62,412 nt of DNA from a virus (taxonomy: Duplodnaviria; Caudoviricetes): positions 1 through 62,412 of IMG/VR virus record IMGVR_UViG_3300042344_000078, one strand, 5' to 3'. Both the position numbers and the translations under genes were made by a program. Shown piece by piece: positions 47,153 through 56,987 of this stretch. Within the stretch, counting starts at the first letter, position 1. Each line of letters opens with the position of its first letter. The notes under the pieces were generated by a model. The model ran no database searches. It saw nothing but the letters and a program-made list of their open reading frames with translations, and was not told where the DNA came from.

Positions 47153-48321
47153 AGCTCACATCCTGTGAAGTACATATATGCGGACGATGTGTTCATAAAC
47201 AGCAGCGTAGAATATCCAGCCGTTGTGCCGCTTAATCCGCTGATATTAAAATTAGCGCTTGTCGTAGTAGCACCGCCAAATGTGAAACCAGTTGCGTTGG
47301 TTGTAGCGGTAGACGGCAAGAAAGCCGCAAAATGGCTTGCCGCTGAAACCGTAACGCCGGTTGGTGGAACGCGGGTAGTTACGGGCAACGCAACCGTGAA
47401 CCATGCGGTTGTGGAAGATGATAGTGACGTAACCATGCCTGCGGCAATGTATGGATTTGCGCCGCTTGCGTAAGAAAAAGCAGGCAGATACCGCTGACAC
47501 AGCGCCAACTCCTGCCCATACTGCCTGCGCTCGAACGGCGTGGCGACTGAGCCGACTTCTAGCTGGACGCCGGTGATGTAGAAGGTTGCGCCGTTTGTGC
47601 CAACTATTGAAACTGCGCCTGTGGCTGCAACATAGTTTGCCGAATCCCAAGCTCCGGCTGTGCCGCTATATGTTGAACCAGTGCCAAAATTAAAACAAAT
47701 AAGTGCTGCCCCCGCGTTACTAGCCCCAACCCATGTTCCGCCAGTATCACCGGGAATAGTTATGGTTACATATGTCCACGTATTGGCCTCTTCAGGAGAA
47801 ACAGTAAATGTAAATGGATAAGATCTAGAAGACGCATAATTTTTCATTGCGCCGCTATGTGTTCCTGTTATGGAAGAATACACATAAAACGATAAGGTTA
47901 CAGATTTTGCGCTGCTAGACCCAAAGCCTAAATCCGCAAAATTAAATCCTTCCATAGCTTGTTGAATAATAAAATAATCGCCAGTCAATACTGAATATGC
48001 TGATGATGACGTAAAACCAAGATAATTAGAAAAGCCAGTTGGTGGCGTAACGGAACCGGCATTTTGCTGGCCTGTTCCTTTGCCAGTTTGAGAGGAAACA
48101 AAAGCAAATCTGTCAACAGGGAATATTGCATTATTAGCTGCAACACTAGCCCCCGCGTTTCTCTGATCCACAACCATATCGCCATTGATGATGCGGTTCC
48201 GCAAGAAGCTAGAACCCATCGCCAGCGTATTGCCGACAGTCGCGTTGCCAGCCGTGTCGAGCGCGATGTTTGCCGTCGTGCTAGAAGCGTTCTGTAGCGT
48301 GGAGACTTTTAATGTGGACAT
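47149..48321 (-). CDS. Tail fibre / receptor-binding protein
   Basis: RNRIINGDM..DQR, TGVQLEVGSVATPFE, ELALCQRY motifs. Confidence 0.8.
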   Translation of the reverse strand: MSTLKVSTLQNASSTTANIALDTAGNATVGNTLAMGSSFLRNRIINGDMVVDQRNAGASVAANNAIFPVDRFAFVSSQTGKGTGQQNAGSVTPPTGFSNYLGFTSSSAYSVLTGDYFIIQQAMEGFNFADLGFGSSSAKSVTLSFYVYSSITGTHSGAMKNYASSRSYPFTFTVSPEEANTWTYVTITIPGDTGGTWVGASNAGAALICFNFGTGSTYSGTAGAWDSANYVAATGAVSIVGTNGATFYITGVQLEVGSVATPFERRQYGQELALCQRYLPAFSYASGANPYIAAGMVTSLSSSTTAWFTVALPVTTRVPPTGVTVSAASHFAAFLPSTATTNATGFTFGGATTTSANFNISGLSGTTAGYSTLLFMNTSSAYMYFTGCEL

Positions 48322-48328
48322 TATAATC

Positions 48329-48952
48329 TCACTCGTAAAGGATGTTTACAGTGCCGGCGTCATACGCATCGGTGCCGTTTACGGTAGTTAACCGCACAAA
48401 GTTTAAGGTCCCTGATAGAGATACAGATCCGCCTGAAACAAGCGAATTAGACGAACTTGACACGCCCCCGGTAAAAGCAGCCACCCATGTATTTGATGAA
48501 GCGCTTACAAGAGTTAATGTCATTATTCCATGTATTACGTTTGTCGCAGAGCCAGCGTAAATACCGAATCCAGTTGTGAAATTTGTCGCCACTGGAGTTG
48601 AATTTGGGGTGTTTGAAGCGCCGCAAAGATAGCCGGATGTTGTAGGTGTTCCGCCAGTTCCTATTTGAACTAATGGATTGCTAGTTCCATTTGTAGAAAC
48701 ACTAGCCAGCATAAGAGTAATGCGTTTCACCCATGACGGAATGCTACCAAAATCAATACTTGTTCCGCTAGTCGATGCTTGTGCAGAAGCTGTATTCAAA
48801 TAATTTTGACGCCAAACTGACCCATCATACATCTCAAGCGTAGCAAGCGTAGAGTTATAACCAGTCTGTCCAGCCGTAGCGGGAGACGGACGCCCTGCCG
48901 TTGTCCATGACGGGAATATCTCGCCGGTTGTGCCATTAAGAGTTAGCGGCAT
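48329..48952 (-). CDS. Fibre-associated protein
   Basis: WTTAGRPS...GYNSTL..LEMYDG; STSGTSIDF..IPSWVKRI. Confidence 0.7.
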   Translation of the reverse strand: MPLTLNGTTGEIFPSWTTAGRPSPATAGQTGYNSTLATLEMYDGSVWRQNYLNTASAQASTSGTSIDFGSIPSWVKRITLMLASVSTNGTSNPLVQIGTGGTPTTSGYLCGASNTPNSTPVATNFTTGFGIYAGSATNVIHGIMTLTLVSASSNTWVAAFTGGVSSSSNSLVSGGSVSLSGTLNFVRLTTVNGTDAYDAGTVNILYE

Positions 48953-49000
48953 TATTCAATTCCTCGTCTGTCGGGCGCGGGTAGTCAGGATGCAACATCA

Positions 49001-49615
49001 TCACGCCGCTATTTCTATGATTGTTAAAGTAGTAGAACACGATCCACCAAAAAGCCTAGCATTGATTCCGTTAATAGCTACAGTAGCGGAAGCTGAAGGC
49101 CCAATTCTAACTCTGAATGTCGTGGCCGATGTAGTTCCTGAGGTCATATAATAGGATATGTTTAAGTTAGTCATCGCGCCAGCCGTAGTTATAAAACTTG
49201 GGACGGTAGCAAGCGCATTTGCCGTGCTGTCTTGGAATAGAGCGCCAATGGTCCACGTAAACGCCGCAGACGAATAAACGGAACCGGAGAACAGTATGTA
49301 TAGCTTGCTTGTCGCGCTTTTTGGCGTGATTGTCGCAGTAACAAACTCTGTGCCTTCGGTAATTTGTGGAATTGTATCGTCTAACGGGATTAGCGTAGTT
49401 CCAGACGCATAAGCCGCAGGTGAACTATTGACGACCTGAATTACCGCGCCAGTAGGTAAACTTGCTATCATAGTCCCAGTAACAGTCCCGCTATCAGCAG
49501 ACGTGATGATGTTGCCGGTTTTGGCCGGAAGCGTCAGCGTGTTCGTGCCAGCTATAGCCGTAGGCGTCAGCGTAATCTGACCTGAAGTTGCGCCCTTGAG
49601 GACTAAATCACCCAT
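49001..49615 (-). CDS. Fibre-associated protein
   Basis: MGDLVLKGATSGQITL...TLTLPA; ATITPKSATSK; TLTIIEIA. Confidence 0.7.
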   Translation of the reverse strand: MGDLVLKGATSGQITLTPTAIAGTNTLTLPAKTGNIITSADSGTVTGTMIASLPTGAVIQVVNSSPAAYASGTTLIPLDDTIPQITEGTEFVTATITPKSATSKLYILFSGSVYSSAAFTWTIGALFQDSTANALATVPSFITTAGAMTNLNISYYMTSGTTSATTFRVRIGPSASATVAINGINARLFGGSCSTTLTIIEIAA

Positions 49616-51765
49616 TAAACAATGCTCCACACAGAATCAGTGCTAACTGTAACGGTAATGCCAGCATTTACAGTGACGGGGCCACCTGACAAGCCATTAG
49701 AGCCAGTAGGAACCGTAAAATCTGCCGATACAGCGTTTGCGTTTAGAGATATGCCATTAGTCGATGACGTGGCAATAGCCGACAATATGCCGGTGCTAGG
49801 CGTATAGTTATACTTTGGATTCGACGTGTATATCGTCGATAGCGAACCAGTCGTAGCCGCAGCAAAGAGCGGATATAGCGCCGTTGCGGTAGTTGTATCA
49901 CTCGCAGCCGTAACACCTAGTGCAGGTGTTGACCAAGACGTTACGCCAGAACCATCCGTCGTTAGAACTTGCCCATTGGTGCCGCCAGTTGACGGCAGTT
50001 TCATCGTCCAAGTGCCTGCCGCATCCGCAACTGACAAAGACACAGTGCCAGATGTTGTGCCTTTAAAGTTCGCAATACCTGTGGCAGTAGACGTAACGCC
50101 GAGCGTTATATCGTCGTTAAATGTCGGGCTGTTCGAGAAGACCAGCGAGCCTGTGCCTGTCTCATCAGTAACAGCGGCAGCAAGATTAGCTGACGAAGGC
50201 GTTCCTAAGAATGTGAGGATGCCTGTGCCAGTTGTTGTGGTTGAAGGCGCTACGCCTGCGCCGCCGCCGATAACAAGAGCACTCGCTGTAAGAGCCGCCG
50301 AAGATGCGAGAGTGCCGGTCGCGCTATAGTAAAGAACGCCACCAGATGTTCCGCTTGTCAGCCCTGTGCCGCCAGATGCAACAGCTAATGTAGCCGATAA
50401 GCCAGCAGCCGTTCCTGTCGTATTTTGATTAAACGTGGGCCAAGTAAATGTGCCTGTAGAAAAATTACCTGACGTAGGTGTTCCTAAAACAGGCGTTGTA
50501 AATGTAGGCGATGAAAGCGTCGGAGAAGTCGCTAGGACAACATTACCTGTGCCTGTGGTTGCAAGTTCACCAAGAACGCCAGCGTTATCATAAAGAATAC
50601 GCCCCGACGTGCCGCCTGTGATCGCAGTTGTGCCAACTGTCAGACCCGACGCAACCGTCGTCCATGACAGCGCGCCAGAACCGTTTGTTATCAGAACTTG
50701 ACCATTTGTGCCGTCAGCCGTTGGCAGCGTATAAGTAACCGCAGCGGAAGCGTTGCCACCTTGAATCGTTGTCGCATTGGCGCTTAAGGCGTTATAAAAA
50801 GCTATCTTGCCTGTCGTGGCAGACGCTACACCAAGGGATAGAGCTGCGGTGGCTTTATCAAAATTAAAGGCCGCGTTACCGGCCATGCTGCCAGCGTCAT
50901 TAAACTGAACATTCTTATCAATACCTGCGGCGTTACCCGCTGCGCCACCCGCCGATGCCCATGATGTATTACCGAGGCCATCAGTGACGAGCACATAACC
51001 AGATATACCATTTGATGCTGGCAACTGGAATGTTGTTGTCCCTGCGATAGCAGCCGCTTTTACTGTTACTGTACCTGACGTAGAGCCAATAAAAGTCGCT
51101 GTGCCAGTGAGTGTAGGCGAGCCAATCGTTGGACCTGTACCAAATACTAAAGCCCCAGCGCCCGTTTCATCCGTGACAGCCGAACGGAGATTCGCGCTCG
51201 ATGGCGTCTCCAAGAACGTCGCAACACCTGACCCAAGGCCGTCAACGCCTGTGCTAATAGGTAATCCCGTCGCATTTGCCAATATCGCTGAAGATGGGGT
51301 GCCAAGAGCAGGTGTAACGAGTGTAGGGCTGTTTGATAAGACAATGCTGCCAGAACCAGTGACATTCTGCCCAAGAGCCGTGGCGACACCTGTGCCGAAA
51401 GATGTGATGCCCGTGCCGCCATTAAGAACCGGCAATACACCTGTGACACCAGTTGTAAGCGGGAGGCCCGTGACATTGGTCATCGTGCCGCTGGATGGGG
51501 TGCCTAATGCACCACCAGAATAAAGAAATGTACCGCCGCTACCGAAGTTAACAGAGACACCGTCATTACCATTCAGCGTAATTGTGTTGTTAACTGAAAA
51601 CGTCTTGCCTGCCGCAATAGAAATCGTGCCGTTCGAGCCAAATACAAAGTTCTTTAAGTATTGCGAGGTGACATAATAGTTCTGCCCAGACCTAGCAATG
51701 GGGATAGCATCGGCAGCTTGAGAAGAGCCGCCGTCTTCAAGTTCAGAAATCTTAAGATCGGTCAT
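49615..51765 (-). CDS. Long tail fibre-like protein
   Basis: T/G/S-rich; repeated TPSSANL..AVTDETG and GTNGQVL.T.GSG..SW units. Confidence 0.8.
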   Translation of the reverse strand: MTDLKISELEDGGSSQAADAIPIARSGQNYYVTSQYLKNFVFGSNGTISIAAGKTFSVNNTITLNGNDGVSVNFGSGGTFLYSGGALGTPSSGTMTNVTGLPLTTGVTGVLPVLNGGTGITSFGTGVATALGQNVTGSGSIVLSNSPTLVTPALGTPSSAILANATGLPISTGVDGLGSGVATFLETPSSANLRSAVTDETGAGALVFGTGPTIGSPTLTGTATFIGSTSGTVTVKAAAIAGTTTFQLPASNGISGYVLVTDGLGNTSWASAGGAAGNAAGIDKNVQFNDAGSMAGNAAFNFDKATAALSLGVASATTGKIAFYNALSANATTIQGGNASAAVTYTLPTADGTNGQVLITNGSGALSWTTVASGLTVGTTAITGGTSGRILYDNAGVLGELATTGTGNVVLATSPTLSSPTFTTPVLGTPTSGNFSTGTFTWPTFNQNTTGTAAGLSATLAVASGGTGLTSGTSGGVLYYSATGTLASSAALTASALVIGGGAGVAPSTTTTGTGILTFLGTPSSANLAAAVTDETGTGSLVFSNSPTFNDDITLGVTSTATGIANFKGTTSGTVSLSVADAAGTWTMKLPSTGGTNGQVLTTDGSGVTSWSTPALGVTAASDTTTATALYPLFAAATTGSLSTIYTSNPKYNYTPSTGILSAIATSSTNGISLNANAVSADFTVPTGSNGLSGGPVTVNAGITVTVSTDSVWSIV

Positions 51766-51821
51766 ACAAAGAACCTCTAGGCGCTACCTGAGCATACCGT
51801 AGAGAACTCAGATATGCAAAC

Positions 51822-51864
51822 AAAAAACCCCGGCGGCACAAGGGGGAGGAAACACCGCCGGGGT
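51822..51864 (-). terminator. Rho-independent terminator
   Basis: ACCCCGGCGG/CCGCCGGGGT stem followed by T6 on the minus strand. Confidence 0.65.
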
Positions 51865-51942
51865 GGAGTTTAGACTAGAGGCAATGAACAACCGGGAGGT
51901 TCGTTCACCACTGGTGATAACATGAGTTAAACCGCCTGTCTA

Positions 51943-52287
51943 CTAAGCGCTGCGTAACGCCAGCGTAAAGTCAACATTGTCGCTCGTGCCACCGGACACC
52001 GTCGGCTTAATGTACACAGCGTAGATATTGATCTGCTGGAACTGTGCCGTAGATGTAGCCGACACCGTCGTGCCGCCTGAGTCTTTGAGGTCCGTCCATG
52101 TCGTCCCATCGTTGCTGTACTGCAACTTGGCCGTCGCCCCACCAAACGTCCCGCCAATCAGCAGAGACGCAATGGACCCGCTGGGCACAGCGAACTTAAG
52201 CGGCGTATCCGTCGAGGTGGTGATGCCCGTCCACTTGACAGTAGGCACACCTGCAACAATCGACACAACTGGTGATATATCAGCCAT
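51943..52287 (-). CDS. Small beta-rich virion protein
   Basis: GGTFGGATAKLQYSNDGTTW; RBS AGGAG. Confidence 0.7.
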   Translation of the reverse strand: MADISPVVSIVAGVPTVKWTGITTSTDTPLKFAVPSGSIASLLIGGTFGGATAKLQYSNDGTTWTDLKDSGGTTVSATSTAQFQQINIYAVYIKPTVSGGTSDNVDFTLALRSA

Positions 52288-52297
52288 TTACAACTCC

Positions 52298-53686
52298 TTA
52301 CGTCCACCCTGCAGCCATCGCAGGCTTAACTTCCCTCCGCGCCAACAACGTCCCGCCATCAGCCACTTGAGCTATGTGGAGCATGAGGTACTGTAATGCC
52401 TCAGCCACGTGGGAGTGCGCGTTCTTATCAATGACCCCGTCACCCTTGGGCTTGTAGCGATACCCGCCCATCATGGCCGCTTTAAGGTGTGTGCAGCGTG
52501 GGTCAACGAGAAACGCCGGGTCGCCATCTACTTGGCGCATGAGATAGTCATCGACCGCGTTTATGCGCGCCGCAACGGAGTTGGTCCGCGCTGGCATAAC
52601 CTTAAGCCCCTCAGCCTTGATGATGTCCACCGCGCTGCGTTCGTCAGTCTGTGCTCTCTGCGTCCCTGCCGGATCGACCACAACAAACACAGGCGCACCA
52701 GAAAACTGTTCATAGAGCAACGGCTTGAGCACGGTCCGAATGAAGCGTTGAACCCCCATGTCGAAGCTGACTGCTTCAGCAAATATCAGTGCGCGCCCGC
52801 GCGGGTCTTGCTGTCCAATGACGGCGGCAGGTGTGAGTCCAAGGTCCATTCCCACAATGATTGGGCGAACTCCGTTGGTAATGTGACGGAGTCGAGAAGT
52901 GGCCATATGATAGTCTGCTCGGAAGTATTTGTAAACAGGAAGACCTGCACTGGATAGTCCGTACTCTCCGTCAATATAAACCCTAATGTATTCATCGGAC
53001 CGACCCTGTGTATCATAATACCCGTCGGGCAAATTTTCGATGTTTTCGGCATAGGGGCTGCGTCCTGACGGTTGCTTAAACACATCCCATCCGTTGTCGT
53101 TGGCGCTGACGCCATCGGCGGGACTAAGGTGCTCAAGCTGGTAATACCACCATGTATCCATGGTCGGCGGGTTGGTGTCGCCCCACATCCCATGCCACGT
53201 GGGACCACCGTCTTTCTTGGAAGGGAAACGTCCAATGCGTTTAGACATCGCATCGACGATGTCTGGGTGGATGTCCCGGCACTCGTTAAACCACGCGCCA
53301 GTAAGCTCAAGAGAATTGAGGTTAGCCACATCATCGGCGTCATCCAGCGCACGAAACATGATCTCACTCTCGACATCGCCCACCCTGAAGAAGTAAGTCT
53401 TGGTCGTCCGCATGTAGTCGCCACACACACCCGGCGGGAACCAATCCAGAAACGTCTTGATCGTCGTGTCCTGAAGCTGCCTCGCCGTCTCACGCACCAC
53501 AGCGAAGCGGGTCTTGCGCACTCCTTGGCTATTCGGCTCCTGCGCGCTCGCACGCCTGATTACCTCAAAGCTGCATGTGACCGATTTACCACTACCAACT
53601 GGACCTAACAGGACGCGCATCTTGGCGTCCGACTTCATAAACTTAACACCAGTAGGCGGCGGTGTGTAGTCAATATCAAGAGCCAT
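52298..53686 (-). CDS. terL: Terminase large subunit
   Basis: Walker A LGPVGSGKS, Walker B-like WFNE, DTNPP, nuclease GMDLG and HVAEAL. Confidence 0.9.
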   Translation of the reverse strand: MALDIDYTPPPTGVKFMKSDAKMRVLLGPVGSGKSVTCSFEVIRRASAQEPNSQGVRKTRFAVVRETARQLQDTTIKTFLDWFPPGVCGDYMRTTKTYFFRVGDVESEIMFRALDDADDVANLNSLELTGAWFNECRDIHPDIVDAMSKRIGRFPSKKDGGPTWHGMWGDTNPPTMDTWWYYQLEHLSPADGVSANDNGWDVFKQPSGRSPYAENIENLPDGYYDTQGRSDEYIRVYIDGEYGLSSAGLPVYKYFRADYHMATSRLRHITNGVRPIIVGMDLGLTPAAVIGQQDPRGRALIFAEAVSFDMGVQRFIRTVLKPLLYEQFSGAPVFVVVDPAGTQRAQTDERSAVDIIKAEGLKVMPARTNSVAARINAVDDYLMRQVDGDPAFLVDPRCTHLKAAMMGGYRYKPKGDGVIDKNAHSHVAEALQYLMLHIAQVADGGTLLARREVKPAMAAGWT

Positions 53687-53891
53687 CAGACAACACCATG
53701 ATCCGGTAAATTACGCCCACACGCTTGGTTTTGAGTATCTTAGTCTGATAGGACAGGTTCTGGATTGTCAACAACTTTTCCATCAGAGTCGCTTCGCTTA
53801 GACTTGTGAAGTCAAACGTCGCTGGCTTCGGCCTCAATCTCAGAGTCTGCAGGAGTTGACGCATCAACGTCGATAAGCCTTGCACTTCCAA
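53676..53891 (-). CDS. Possible small hypothetical protein (start uncertain)
   Basis: Fills the gap between putative terS and terL. Confidence 0.35.
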   Translation of the reverse strand: MEVQGLSTLMRQLLQTLRLRPKPATFDFTSLSEATLMEKLLTIQNLSYQTKILKTKRVGVIYRIMVLSDGS

Positions 53892-54303
53892 GCTCCTGAC
53901 CCCCGAGATTTATCATTATGCGCACGCCGCCAGCCGCGCCGGAATCCACTGGTTCATTCTTCGGCTCCAGCCCAGCCCACTTTACCGTAGACTTAATGAG
54001 ATCAGCCTTCACCGCTGCGCTTACGTCTGGATTATGGATCAAACACCACGATGTTGTGAGAAGCTCTTCAGCCTGCAGCCGCGCCTTGGTCTTGAAGAGA
54101 ATGCCCTTGTCACGAATCTCGTCCCGATAGCCTTCCACCTTCTTGAGAAAGATCGGGTCCTTATTGAATGACAACAAGTCTTGCGCTTGGATGCTGTGCC
54201 GCTCCAAAATTTCATCGACCTCCTCACCACTGCCCTCAAGTCTGAGCGCAATGTCGAAGGCTAGGCGGTTTGTCCAACGCGTGGAGTCGTATGCAAGTGA
54301 CAT
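53812..54303 (-). CDS. Putative terminase small subunit
   Basis: First gene of the late operon, upstream of terL; helical with a C-terminal beta strand (GVRIMINLG). Confidence 0.55.
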   Translation of the reverse strand: MSLAYDSTRWTNRLAFDIALRLEGSGEEVDEILERHSIQAQDLLSFNKDPIFLKKVEGYRDEIRDKGILFKTKARLQAEELLTTSWCLIHNPDVSAAVKADLIKSTVKWAGLEPKNEPVDSGAAGGVRIMINLGGQELGSARLIDVDASTPADSEIEAEASDV

Positions 54304-54600
54304 GTGGAGAAAGTAAACTGGGATTGCGGGGATGGCAAGTTGTGAGATTTTCCGAGACTTGTGTATTTTCTTCATAGCTTCACCCCTGAGCTTGTGTATT
54401 TTTTACACAACTTCGTTTTTTGGGGTCTTGTTTTACGAGGTTTACTACACACTGGCTGGGCCTCGCGCGCGTCAGTCCATGTGGCCCCTCCCCTGCCTAC
54501 CCCACTCTGTTGTCATACAGAACGGCCTTGGTTGACATTCATGTTGACATACTATGCCTACGGCCTAGTCTAAGGCATAAGCTATTGATATTGCAGCGAT

Positions 54601-54637
54601 TTGACAACGGCCCCGACTTGTGCATAATGGACACAAC
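54601..54637 (+). promoter_or_regulatory. Promoter, related to the conserved motif
   Basis: TTGACAA-N12-GTGCATAATG-GACACAA. Confidence 0.65.
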
Positions 54638-54681
54638 CCCCGGACTGGCCGGAGGGTTTAGGCAATGGAAAGGTTAAGACT

Positions 54682-54981
54682 ATGGCAATCGCTTCTAAGA
54701 AAACCGCTCAGGTCGAATCAGTCTCTAATGAGCAACTTTTTGAGATGATAAAGCGCCTACAGGCTGAAAATGCTACGTTAAAGGCTGCTAAGGCTACCCC
54801 TACTAATCGCTTTACTGTTAAACTCTCTCCCTCTGGTAAAGGTAATCTTTGCATATACGGCCTGTCACGGTATCCGTTTAGCTTCTATCGTAATCAGATT
54901 GAGGCTATTCTGGAAAACGCTGAAATCATTAAAGATTTTATCTCCAAAAACGAGCCTGCCCTGTCTAAAAAAGGCGAATAA
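54682..54981 (+). CDS. Early hypothetical protein
   Basis: KLSPSGKGNLCIYGLSRYPFSFY; bracketed by a promoter and a terminator. Confidence 0.75.
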   Translation: MAIASKKTAQVESVSNEQLFEMIKRLQAENATLKAAKATPTNRFTVKLSPSGKGNLCIYGLSRYPFSFYRNQIEAILENAEIIKDFISKNEPALSKKGE

Positions 54982-54992
54982 TCTCTATCACT

Positions 54993-55020
54993 GGCCGGGG
55001 CTAGTCCCCGGCCTTTTCTC
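54993..55020 (+). terminator. Rho-independent terminator
   Basis: GGCCGGGG-CTAGT-CCCCGGCC-TTTT. Confidence 0.8.
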
Positions 55021-55043
55021 GTTTCCTGCCAAGAGGTTATACC

Positions 55044-55205
55044 ATGCAAAAAATTAACGAAATCGCAATCGTTCGCCATTACAAGGGCAAGAGCCGCACA
55101 ATTCTGGTGAGCGTTTATGCCAAGCGGAAACGCGCTGTCTCCAAGGCGCTAGTCGAAAAATACGGGTTTAACCTGAAAGGGGCGGAAAATGCTGCCAGAG
55201 CTTGA
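55044..55205 (+). CDS. 53-aa basic protein, not in the ORF track
   Basis: RBS GAGGT; MQKINEIAIVRHYKGKSR... Confidence 0.55.
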   Translation: MQKINEIAIVRHYKGKSRTILVSVYAKRKRAVSKALVEKYGFNLKGAENAARA

Positions 55206-55257
55206 TCTATTAGCAGCGGCGCTAGTCGCCGTTCTCGCCTCGCAATATCTTTTCTAA
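55189..55257 (+). CDS. 22-aa hydrophobic peptide
   Basis: MLPELDLLAAALVAVLASQYLF; ends just before a terminator. Confidence 0.35.
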   Translation: MLPELDLLAAALVAVLASQYLF

Positions 55258-55262
55258 TAACT

Positions 55263-55290
55263 AGGCCGGGATTTTCCCGGCCTTTTCTTT
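55263..55290 (+). terminator. Rho-independent terminator
   Basis: AGGCCGGGA-TTT-TCCCGGCCT-TTTCTTT. Confidence 0.8.
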
Positions 55291-55483
55291 ACCCGTTTGT
55301 TTACATTCATGGGATAGGCTAGGAAGGCTCAGGAATAGCCTATCCTGTTTTCCGGTAGGGTAGTAGCGCCCCGGTTCTAAATCACTCCCTGCGCCGCTCC
55401 CTACCCGTTCTAGCGCCTACCCCATACCCGGTGCGACCCTGCCTCGGCGCAACGCGCCGATCCTCCCCGAACGGTCAAGATTT

Positions 55484-56099
55484 AGCTAATGGCAAAGCAC
55501 AAGCTAATGGCAAAGCTATAGGCTAGGATTATTTTCTCTATATCCAATAGGTTTAGCCATGATTTTGTAGACATATATTTCACTCAAGGGTTACCGGGCG
55601 CACCAAAAATGCTACTCAAGGGTTACCGGGCCAAGTATTTGATTTTATTGAGTTAATCTAACAATCTAAAATTTAGGGCAACAATCCAAAAGAAACTTAC
55701 ACTCGGTTTTGCCCCGAAACTTTACATTTTAATACCATATGTGTTTGTTTTTCCTATATATATATATAGAGTTTAAGATAAATAATCTAATAATATAGAG
55801 AAATTTGTGTCTTCCTTTCCAAATTTTCAAATTTTTGTTCCACACACGAAAACGCGGCGTCACTCTCTCCCCTCCAAAAATTTTATTTTTTGGTGACCCC
55901 TACGAAAAAATTTTAGATTATTTATATTATTGTTGTTTTCAAAGGCATTTCTCCGATACATTTTAGATTATTGCCATATTGTTGCCACAATTTTTAGATT
56001 ATCGCATGTAAAGTTTCCCTCCAAAACTTTACATTTTGTGGCTCCCATTACCAAACTTTACATCCGTGTAAAGTTTCAGTCTACAAACAAACTTTACAT
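55484..56099. repeat. AT-rich non-coding region with several repeat families (origin/terminus candidate)
   Basis: AGCTAATGGCAAAGC x2, ACTCAAGGGTTACCGGGC x2, AAACTTTACA x6 in both orientations, TTTTAGATTA x3, (TA)n palindrome. Confidence 0.75.
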
Positions 56100-56133
56100 T
56101 TTCACTCCGGCAACCCGTTGAACTTGTGTGCAT

Positions 56134-56186
56134 TTGACACAAGCGGCGATTCGTGCAATGCTCGAACTTGTGAACAAAACACACAA
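56134..56186 (+). promoter_or_regulatory. Conserved phage promoter/leader motif
   Basis: TTGACAC-N12-GTGCAATG-CTCGAACTTGTGAACAAAACACACAA. Confidence 0.75.
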
Positions 56187-56201
56187 CGAAAGGGTTAGGC
56201 A

Positions 56202-56543
56202 ATGAAAAAGGGACTCACAAACTGGCAATGCCGCGACTACGTAGCCAAGCTAAAACCATTCCAGAATAAGAATAAAACCCTATACGGCGAATGGGCTGAT
56301 GCTAATACCTATGTGGTTTATAGCTATGGAAGCCACTTCCCTATCTACGCATGGGTGCGCCAAACCAACCGTTGGTATGCCAATGAGGATAGATATAGCC
56401 GCACAACCTCCCACCATCAGAGCCTAGCTAACCCGTCTCCATCCTCTCTCATTCCCGTATCCACCAGCTTTCTCAAATCACTGGCTATCCAAGGCTTCGC
56501 TGCCATCGCCGCTGCGCGCGTCATTCATGGGGAGATTTTCTAA
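56202..56543 (+). CDS. Early hypothetical protein
   Basis: YVVYSYGSHFPIY...YSRTTSHHQ motif recurrent in phage early genes. Confidence 0.75.
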   Translation: MKKGLTNWQCRDYVAKLKPFQNKNKTLYGEWADANTYVVYSYGSHFPIYAWVRQTNRWYANEDRYSRTTSHHQSLANPSPSSLIPVSTSFLKSLAIQGFAAIAAARVIHGEIF

Positions 56544-56740
56544 TGACTTCGCTTTCTTCACCCTCTTTCGTTCTCACAAAAGCGCAGCGCCAGTCTGTCT
56601 ATCGCCTATGGCTTAGGGATGAAAAGAAACAGCCTTATCGCCAGTTTCGACGCCGCGTTCAGCCAGCCTATGGCTGCGTAATGATTAACCTATGGGGAAT
56701 GTGGCTTGGAATTGAGCCTGATGGATACACGCACAGCTAA
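56543..56740 (+). CDS. Early hypothetical protein
   Basis: WGMWLGIEPDGYTHS C-terminus; coupled ORF. Confidence 0.7.
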   Translation: MTSLSSPSFVLTKAQRQSVYRLWLRDEKKQPYRQFRRRVQPAYGCVMINLWGMWLGIEPDGYTHS

Positions 56741-56758
56741 GAAACAGGAGTAGAATCA

Positions 56759-56986
56759 ATGGCTAATTGTGAGTCCGTCCGTGGTGCAAGCGGCTGTGTC
56801 CGCTGCACTAACCCTATTCCAAAGCGTCGTTATGACCTTGGCTACAGGCTTTGCCTGTCCTGTGGCGATGCCCAAGCGCGCAAGATTGTTCGCACCATAG
56901 TCCCAAGCCATAAGGGTGCATATCAGCCCGTTGGCGATGTTAAGTATTTGAAAATGCTGAATAAATACGCAGCGATGGAGGGGTGA
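56759..56986 (+). CDS. TraR/DksA C4-type zinc-finger protein
   Basis: CVRC.NPIPKRR..LG..LCLSC. Confidence 0.65.
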   Translation: MANCESVRGASGCVRCTNPIPKRRYDLGYRLCLSCGDAQARKIVRTIVPSHKGAYQPVGDVKYLKMLNKYAAMEG

Positions 56987-56987
56987 A

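Noticed and set aside
52786-53553. 255-aa alternative-frame ORF inside terL
   Set aside because: Arg/Ser-rich composition typical of an off-frame read; no RBS or family resemblance, unlike the nested gene at 24885.
55930-56121. 63-aa ORF in the AT-rich region
   Set aside because: TTG start without an RBS; it runs through the repeat boxes and is likely spurious.
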